Assembly: GCF_000010065.1 (NCBI RefSeq)
Contig: NC_006576.1
Span: forward strand, 870,001-902,000
Source of the DNA: Synechococcus elongatus PCC 6301
GTDB lineage: Bacteria > Cyanobacteriota > Cyanobacteriia > Synechococcales > Synechococcaceae
DNA length: 32,000 nt
Reading direction: 5' to 3'
The translations under genes and the position numbers were made by a program. Positions 26,415 to 32,000 of this stretch are shown one piece after another; position 1 is the stretch's first letter, and each line of letters begins with the position of its first letter. The notes under the pieces were generated by a model. The model did not search any database. It was not told the DNA's origin and saw only the letters and a program-made list of their open reading frames with translations.

Positions 26415-26450
26415 CTACCCGCATACCAATATCAGCGTATGTGCGGGTAG
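26415..26450 (-). other. Hairpin immediately downstream of the gpZ-like gene
   Basis: CTACCCGCATAC / GTAT(gt)GCGGGTAG, 12-bp stem with 2-nt bulge and 10-nt loop, 10 nt past the stop at 26460; no T-tract. Confidence 0.5.
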
Positions 26451-26459
26451 CAAGAAAGC

Positions 26460-27065
26460 TCAAGCGAGCTTGGCAAGTCTGAAGTTCACCTCGCGTTCCA
26501 GCGTTGTCCTGAGCGCTTCCTGCGTGGCCTGCATGACTGGCTCGATCACGGCTTCCTGCTTAAGCATCACGGGAACGCTGATGGTCTTCAGCGGCGTTAT
26601 TGGCAAGCGCGCCTTGCTAGGCACGAACGAGCCGCCGACGTAGGCACCGCGAGCTGCGGGCAGTCCACCGTAGCGGTTCTGGGCTAAACGACCGCCAGGC
26701 ATGAACGCGCCACGAATGAGCTTTCGCTGACCCTTCTTAACCGTGACACTGACACCCTTCGAACCTTGCCTAGGATTGAACCCGCCAAGCGTCGGACGAA
26801 CCGATGAAAACGTCAGGGTGACGGAGTAGGGGCCGCTTGGGCGCGTCTTCATTGCCTCTTTCACTCTTCCAGCCTTAATGGCGTAGATGGAGCGGATACC
26901 CTTGGATGCTTCGACCCCTGCCTTAGTCGTGGCACGCTTCAGTGCCCGCTTGAAGCTGGCGTCGATCACCTCGATTGGGATACGGCCTAGGGCACGATGC
27001 ACTCGCTGCGCATCCTGTGAGTTGACGCGAATCTCTAGTCCAGTGCCAAGGGAAACAATCGGCAT
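26460..27065 (-). CDS. Minor tail protein Z-like
   Basis: 201 aa; FKRALKRATTKAGVEASKGIRSIYAIKAGRVKEAMKTRPS typical of the gpZ family. Confidence 0.75.
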   Translation of the reverse strand: MPIVSLGTGLEIRVNSQDAQRVHRALGRIPIEVIDASFKRALKRATTKAGVEASKGIRSIYAIKAGRVKEAMKTRPSGPYSVTLTFSSVRPTLGGFNPRQGSKGVSVTVKKGQRKLIRGAFMPGGRLAQNRYGGLPAARGAYVGGSFVPSKARLPITPLKTISVPVMLKQEAVIEPVMQATQEALRTTLEREVNFRLAKLA

Positions 27066-27089
27066 GGTGTGACCTGCGCGTAAGAAGGG

Positions 27090-27635
27090 CTACCAGCACG
27101 CTTCTAAGCGAAGAACGCCTTGAGGTGAACGCGATCGCTCGGTAAGAGCTTTGACGCTGCGAGTACTGATGCTCAGGTAAGCGGTGTGGCTCCAAGGCTT
27201 GGTGGGCTTGACGTTGAGTCCGTCGCCGATCGCTGCAGCAATCAAGGCTCCGTTAGAGACGTAGAAGGGCCAACCGTTTGGCAGTCTGTAGAGCGCTTCA
27301 ATGCGGTGCTTCAGCCAGTAGCTGTCAATCTTACGATTCACCTGAGCAGTGCGATCGCACATGGACAGGTAGCGCAGGCACAGAGCAATCTGCGGAAGGT
27401 CCAACTCTGTAAGAGGTGACTTCGGGTGCGTGAGCGAGTTGAAGCCGTGGGCGTCTAGCTCGGGATAGACAGAAAGCGCTTGATCTAAGGCAGTGGCAGC
27501 CTCAAGAAGCTCTCCTTGAGCGAAATAGTGATGCCACTCGGTCTGCCCTACAATGCTGGCCACAGAAGTATTCCGGAACACCGATCGCCCTAGATGAGTT
27601 CGCCGCTCGTCTGGGGCTTTTCGCATTCTAGCCAT
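27090..27635 (-). CDS. Hypothetical protein
   Basis: 181-aa ORF between gpZ-like gene and the control region; no family recognised. Confidence 0.6.
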   Translation of the reverse strand: MARMRKAPDERRTHLGRSVFRNTSVASIVGQTEWHHYFAQGELLEAATALDQALSVYPELDAHGFNSLTHPKSPLTELDLPQIALCLRYLSMCDRTAQVNRKIDSYWLKHRIEALYRLPNGWPFYVSNGALIAAAIGDGLNVKPTKPWSHTAYLSISTRSVKALTERSRSPQGVLRLEACW

Positions 27636-27650
27636 GCAGCCAAAGTTCAG

Positions 27651-27925
27651 ACCGTAAGACGCCGTAAGACGAGCGTAAGGCTCAAAACCCGCTCAGAGAC
27701 TACCTTCTTACTTACTTACACTTCTTACATAGAAATAATAATAATAGAGAGGTGTCTAAGTATATGTACTTAAGGGTGGTTTTAGGTGTTTGTTTTTATA
27801 AAGGGCTATATTTTTCGGCGTAATGCCGTAAGTCGTAAGAAAAGCCCCCAAAAGCTAGTCGCTGCAAGGCTTTTGGGGGCTTACGGTGGTTGATACGGTG
27901 GTCTCTAACAGTCGATGGCCGTAAG
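27651..27925. promoter_or_regulatory. Repeat/AT-rich control region, candidate replication origin or operator cluster
   Basis: CGTAAG at 27653, 27663, 27674, 27827, 27834, 27920 and its complement at 27880; AT-rich core 27695-27815; inverted repeat TAAGTA-TATG-TACTTA at 27757-27772. Confidence 0.5.
27842..27882 (-). terminator. Rho-independent terminator of the replication operon
   Basis: AAGCCCCCAAAAGC (27842-27855) pairs perfectly with GCTTTTGGGGGCTT (27869-27882), 13-nt loop; minus-strand continuation is T-rich (CTTTTCTT); located just after the primase stop. Confidence 0.85.
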
Positions 27926-30457
27926 CGGAATCAGGGTGCATCGCTGGGTTCCTACGCCTGCGAAGTGCATCCCCTGCTTAGGCGTGATCGCGCCTGGCAG
28001 CTTCCTGAGCGCGGAGACGTAGGCGTTAGCCCATCGGGTCTGTCTGACCCACGAGCTGATCTCCTTGGAGCGGTTGCTGACAGCCAGGTAGGTCTGGCCG
28101 TCGACCGCGACGATCTTGAAGCCGTGGCGGCCAAGGATGGCGATCGCCGTCGGGCGATCGACGATCGAGACGACCGAGTTTGGCGTGAACGGCGAAGCGA
28201 TCGCGATCTGAACCAGTTCGCCGATCTGCGCCCGGCGCCCGCCCTCGAGCTGCACTTGGGTCTGGAGTAGGTGCTGGATGCACTCACGCTCCTCGGTGTC
28301 TGTGTCGTCGGGCGCGTAGCTCGACCAGTCCATCGAATCGACCCAGCTAGCGGCCTCCTCCGGCGTCAGTACGTCCTCGCTCATCAGGCTGTAGGCACCG
28401 GCCAGAAGCGTGCCGCACTGGTCGCCGAAGCGCTGGCTGTAACGACCTGCCAAGACTGCCGCTAAAGTGCGAGCGTTGGCGCGGATCGTCGGGATGAGCC
28501 GAAGGGTGCGAGCGGCGATGCGCTTGCCGACATCTGGCGTAATCAGTTCAGCCATCCGCAGTCGCAGCCCTTTCCAGTCATGATTCGGGTCGCCCCTGCG
28601 TAAGGAAAGCAGGCAGAAGCGATCGCGATCGGACTGACGGCTGATAGGGACGTTGACGCTGCTCATGCAGAACATGGCGCGGGCGTCGAAGCGGTTGCAG
28701 CCGCCATCGGTGCGGCCCTTATAGATGCTGCCGGAGTCATCGCTACTGGCCGCTCGGATGAACCCGAGCAGGTTATCCATCTGGCCCTTGTTGGTGTCGT
28801 CTGACGGGTCGGCCTCGTCGAAGACGACCGGTATCGCATCGCGGCCCAGGAGCGATCGCACGCCTGCCTCGCTGGTTGAGGACTGCACAACGTGGCACGC
28901 GCCGCGTAGGATGCCGCGCACATAGTCCCTGAGCACCGTCGACTTGCCCGAGCCTGGGTTGCCCGTCACCCAGACATGGGGACGCCACTCGAGAGCCCCG
29001 CAGAAAGGTGCGAGAGCTGTCCAGCCTGCCAGCAGTGCACCCGATGCGGGTACATCCCAAGAGAACTCGTTGGCGAGGAGAAGGATGGCGATCGCGTCGT
29101 CTGGGTCGACCTCAGTGGTTGCGAAGCTTTGGAGGTCTACAGCCCGCTCGTAGATATAGCGACTGCCTCGTACGGTCATTGAGGTTGTTTCAGCACCTTC
29201 GACCACTAAGCGACCTCCAAGGTGAAGGATAGTCTTGCCGTCGTCCCACCAAGCGCCTCGGCCACGGATCCGAGACGGGTCGAAGACGCCTACGGCTTCG
29301 CACTCACGCATGAGCCAGTTCGCAGCTGACTCCCAATCCGCTCCATTCTTCCTTGGGAAAGTCATCTCCCAGTAGTTGAGAGGAGCGATCTGGATCAGAT
29401 TCAACTTTCGGTGCGAGTTGGCAGTCAGTTCGACGATCTGCTTTGTGCCCCTTGGCAGGTAGTAGTAGCGATCCTTGTCGTAGCCGAGCGCCGTGTAGAG
29501 GCTGTCGTCATCACGCGATCGACTCCGCGCCTCAGATCCGCTCGATGTCGCCTCAAGGCTGGGTTCTGCGTTCTCAACTTCCGATGCCTCGACGCACGCA
29601 GGCGGATCAAGATCCGGCTCCGGCTCGTAGCAGTTCGCTTTCAGCCAGTTCAGCGCATGCTCCGGCGACCAGTCGGCGTCTGCCAGATCCCACGCTTCCG
29701 GAACGCCCTCAGGGTTGCGAACCAAGCGCAGTTCAGCGGCTTCGATCGCGCCTGCGATCGACTGCATGGCAATGATGCCAACTGCGTCAGCGTCAGGCCA
29801 AAGAGCGACCTTGCGTCCTCGTAGGGGTGACCAATCCGCCGTCTGCCAATTCTTGGTGCCGCCGTGCCAAGTCGTGACGACAAAGTTGGGGAAGAGCTTA
29901 GCCGCAGCATCAGCAGCCTTTTCGCCCTCGACGACGATCACAACCGCATCGGGCAGCGCCCTAAGCCGGTCAAGATTGAACAGCGGCAGCTTGCCGGTGG
30001 GGCGCTTCCATTCCCACTTCTCACCGTTCCAGCGACAGGGTCGAATCGACTTTTTCTGTCCGGGCTTGTCCCACCGGATGACGTAGAAATCGTCGCTGTA
30101 ACGCCAGAACGCTGAGGCTCCGCGTATCGGTGGGTCAGGGCGATCGCGCTTGATGCCAAGAAACTGCTCGACCTGGCGGGCTGCCTCTGAGAAGTCCCAG
30201 CCCTTCAGCCGCATGAGCAAGTCGAAGCCAGTGCCACCACCACCCTTCTGATCGCGGCCGCCGCAGTGTGAGCAGAACCAGGTGCCGTTGCCATCGAGGT
30301 CATCGAAGCGGTAGCGAGTCTCACCACCGCAGCAGGGGCAGGGGCTTTCCTTGGTCTTGCTGACCACCAAGAACTCAGGAGCAACACCCCCGAGCTTGTT
30401 TAGGATCTCCGGCCAGCGTCCTCGGGCTGCATCAGAAATCCTAGACATGACCTTCAC
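27905..30457 (-). CDS. Phage primase/helicase (zinc-ribbon, TOPRIM-like and AAA+/SF3-like ATPase regions)
   Basis: 850 aa; CPCCGGETRYRFDDLDGNGTWFCSHCGG zinc ribbon, VVIVVEGEKAADAA...VALWPDAD TOPRIM-like, WVTGNPGSGKSTVLRDYV Walker A, PVVFDEAD. Confidence 0.9.
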   Translation of the reverse strand: MKVMSRISDAARGRWPEILNKLGGVAPEFLVVSKTKESPCPCCGGETRYRFDDLDGNGTWFCSHCGGRDQKGGGGTGFDLLMRLKGWDFSEAARQVEQFLGIKRDRPDPPIRGASAFWRYSDDFYVIRWDKPGQKKSIRPCRWNGEKWEWKRPTGKLPLFNLDRLRALPDAVVIVVEGEKAADAAAKLFPNFVVTTWHGGTKNWQTADWSPLRGRKVALWPDADAVGIIAMQSIAGAIEAAELRLVRNPEGVPEAWDLADADWSPEHALNWLKANCYEPEPDLDPPACVEASEVENAEPSLEATSSGSEARSRSRDDDSLYTALGYDKDRYYYLPRGTKQIVELTANSHRKLNLIQIAPLNYWEMTFPRKNGADWESAANWLMRECEAVGVFDPSRIRGRGAWWDDGKTILHLGGRLVVEGAETTSMTVRGSRYIYERAVDLQSFATTEVDPDDAIAILLLANEFSWDVPASGALLAGWTALAPFCGALEWRPHVWVTGNPGSGKSTVLRDYVRGILRGACHVVQSSTSEAGVRSLLGRDAIPVVFDEADPSDDTNKGQMDNLLGFIRAASSDDSGSIYKGRTDGGCNRFDARAMFCMSSVNVPISRQSDRDRFCLLSLRRGDPNHDWKGLRLRMAELITPDVGKRIAARTLRLIPTIRANARTLAAVLAGRYSQRFGDQCGTLLAGAYSLMSEDVLTPEEAASWVDSMDWSSYAPDDTDTEERECIQHLLQTQVQLEGGRRAQIGELVQIAIASPFTPNSVVSIVDRPTAIAILGRHGFKIVAVDGQTYLAVSNRSKEISSWVRQTRWANAYVSALRKLPGAITPKQGMHFAGVGTQRCTLIPLTAIDC

Positions 30458-30803
30458 CTGAAATTATTTTGTTTGCGTCTTGCATCGAGCGCGCCACACC
30501 AGCACGGCCACCGGAGCGCTGTACGAAATCGATGAAACTTTGTTGCTCGGGAGTAACCCGCCCAGTTGGCGTCTTGACCTCGATCGCAGTGAAGAGAGCG
30601 ATCGTCTGACCGACCATGTCGGGCGTGATGGTGACGCGGGTCAGCCCGATCAGGTCAGAGCTGCCAGGGCAGAGTCCAAAGCGGACGAAACGGCCATCAG
30701 CGGCCTTGCAGGTGCCGACGTTGTTGCGCCAAAGCCGGACATCGGGCGACTGGCTCAGCGTCTTCCAGAGGCGTGCCTGCAAACTGGTCTCGCTGTTAGC
30801 CAT
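30441..30803 (-). CDS. VRR-NUC domain nuclease
   Basis: 120 aa; ARLWKTLSQSPDVRLWRNNVGT...RFGLCPGSSDLIGL...AIEVKTPTGRVTPEQQSFIDFVQRSGGRAGVA. Confidence 0.93.
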   Translation of the reverse strand: MANSETSLQARLWKTLSQSPDVRLWRNNVGTCKAADGRFVRFGLCPGSSDLIGLTRVTITPDMVGQTIALFTAIEVKTPTGRVTPEQQSFIDFVQRSGGRAGVARSMQDANKIISGEGHV

Positions 30804-32000
30804 GGGCTTGTCCCCACTGCTGACGCTTACTCTGGCGAGCCTTCCAGTAGCGCTGTGCCCAGCCCGGTTTGTAGCCCCGCTTGCGACCCAGTTCGATCAG
30901 TTCTTCAAGGGTCTGAGCCTTGGCCTGCTCTTCCTTCCGCTGCCGAGCGATCGCAGCCTTGTCTAGCTCGATCAGCTCGCCTCTGACCTCTTCAAGACGC
31001 CGCGCTTCGACGACGTAGCGATGGCCGCAGTTCGGGCAAGTCGGCTGAGGCGCGTGAGCACAGAAGCACTTCGGACACTGCCGCACCGTCTCGGGCTTCT
31101 CTTCGCTCTCGCCCTTGCGCGATCGCCGCTTCTCGCCTTCCAGCGTCCACTCGCGATCGGCCTCAGGCAAGCCATGCCTCATGACGTTGCCGACGTGGTC
31201 CAAGATGAGAGCGTGGGACTTCCCAGGGGCTGGTCTGAGAACACGGCCAACCTGCTGAAGGTAGAGCCCGAGCGACTGAGTGGGGCGTAACAAAAGCGCC
31301 GCTGTGACGACTGGGATGTCCGTGCCTTCGGAAACGATTTCGCATGACGTGAGCACTTGAATGCGACCGCTGCCAAGGTCGTCAATCAAGTGCGATCGCG
31401 TCGCCGAATCGAGCGTGCCATCCAAGCTGGCAGCCTTGAAGCCAGCCGAACTGAACTCGACTGCAACCTTCTGGGCGATCTCCACCGAGGCACAGAAACC
31501 GATCGCTGGGACGCCAGGGCAGAGACGCCGGTAGTGGTCGATCGCATCGCCGACAATTACTGGCTTGTCCATCGCCTGAGCCAGCTGATCCTTAGCGTAG
31601 TCGCCCGCCCGCATGCGGACGCCAGTCAGGTCAGCCTGAATTGGCGGAGCGTAAATCTTGGTCGGGCAGAGGAAGCCCCGCTCAGTCAGCTCTGCGATTG
31701 TCGGGCCAATGATGAGGTCGTCGAACACGTCACCCAAGCCACGGCCATCCGTCCGACAGGGTGTTGCAGTCACCCCCAAGACGCGAGACCGAGGATAGGC
31801 ACTCAGCACCTTGCCCCAAGTGTTGTCAGGGACGACGTGGTGAGCCTCATCCACCACAATTAGCTCAGGCTCCCAGTCCAACCGATCTAGTCGTCGAACA
31901 AGCGTCTGCACAGACGCGACCTGTGTCGGGTAGGGCATCCAGCTGAAACCCGAAGCAATCAGTCCATGCCGGACACCCAAGCGATCGAGCGATCGGCTCG
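30796..32000 (-). CDS. DEAD/DEAH-box (SF2) helicase, 5' end outside the window
   Basis: LIVVDEAHH, VLGVTATPCRTDGRGL, SEGTDIPVVTAALLLRPTQSLGLYLQQVGRVLRPAPGK; frame stays open past the TTG at 31980 to the window edge (..SRSLDRLGVRHGLIASGF); Walker A not in window; C-terminal CxxC zinc ribbon CPKCFCAHAPQPTCPNC. Confidence 0.95.
   Translation of the reverse strand, partial: SRSLDRLGVRHGLIASGFSWMPYPTQVASVQTLVRRLDRLDWEPELIVVDEAHHVVPDNTWGKVLSAYPRSRVLGVTATPCRTDGRGLGDVFDDLIIGPTIAELTERGFLCPTKIYAPPIQADLTGVRMRAGDYAKDQLAQAMDKPVIVGDAIDHYRRLCPGVPAIGFCASVEIAQKVAVEFSSAGFKAASLDGTLDSATRSHLIDDLGSGRIQVLTSCEIVSEGTDIPVVTAALLLRPTQSLGLYLQQVGRVLRPAPGKSHALILDHVGNVMRHGLPEADREWTLEGEKRRSRKGESEEKPETVRQCPKCFCAHAPQPTCPNCGHRYVVEARRLEEVRGELIELDKAAIARQRKEEQAKAQTLEELIELGRKRGYKPGWAQRYWKARQSKRQQWGQAHG

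Noticed and set aside
1-32000. CRISPR array, integrase/transposase, repressor, toxin-antitoxin or defence island
   Set aside because: No spaced direct-repeat array and no ORF with matching family motifs; nearly all coding capacity is explained by phage replication, packaging, structure and lysis genes.

Overview
The window is a nearly gap-free, single-orientation (minus strand) stretch of a tailed-phage or prophage genome. Frequent GCGATCGC (HIP1-like) octamers suggest a cyanobacterial host. In the direction of transcription (32000 -> 1) the order is: partial DEAH helicase, VRR-NUC nuclease, primase/helicase, a strong terminator and a repeat/AT-rich control region, a gpZ-like protein, small and large terminase, gpW, lambda-type portal, fused HK97-type protease/major capsid, DUF2190 capsid protein, head-tail joining proteins, P2-type baseplate (V, PAAR spike, gp25/W, J, I), DUF4815 structural protein and fibre genes, sheath, tube, tail chaperone, tape measure, U, X, a late-control-D hub protein fused to a peptidase, and a lysis cassette (M15 peptidase, membrane proteins, T4-type lysozyme). 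This is a contractile-tailed mosaic: lambda-like packaging and portal, HK97-like capsid, P2-like tail. Features not evident from an ordinary ORF list: (1) a correctly phased G GGA AAG slippery heptamer in the tail chaperone gene opening a 54-aa -1 extension; (2) a ~40-bp near-perfect inverted repeat centred on AAAGTGGCCACTTT flanking the large terminase gene; (3) a hub-peptidase fusion; (4) a ~85-aa glycine-rich insertion in the tail sheath; (5) two genes apparently divided by in-frame stops (TAG in a TM/coiled-coil lysis gene, TAA in the DUF4815 module); (6) a CGTAAG-repeat plus AT-rich region resembling an origin or control region; (7) a recurrent TAGAATG motif at gene boundaries. No tRNA, CRISPR array, integrase or defence system could be supported.
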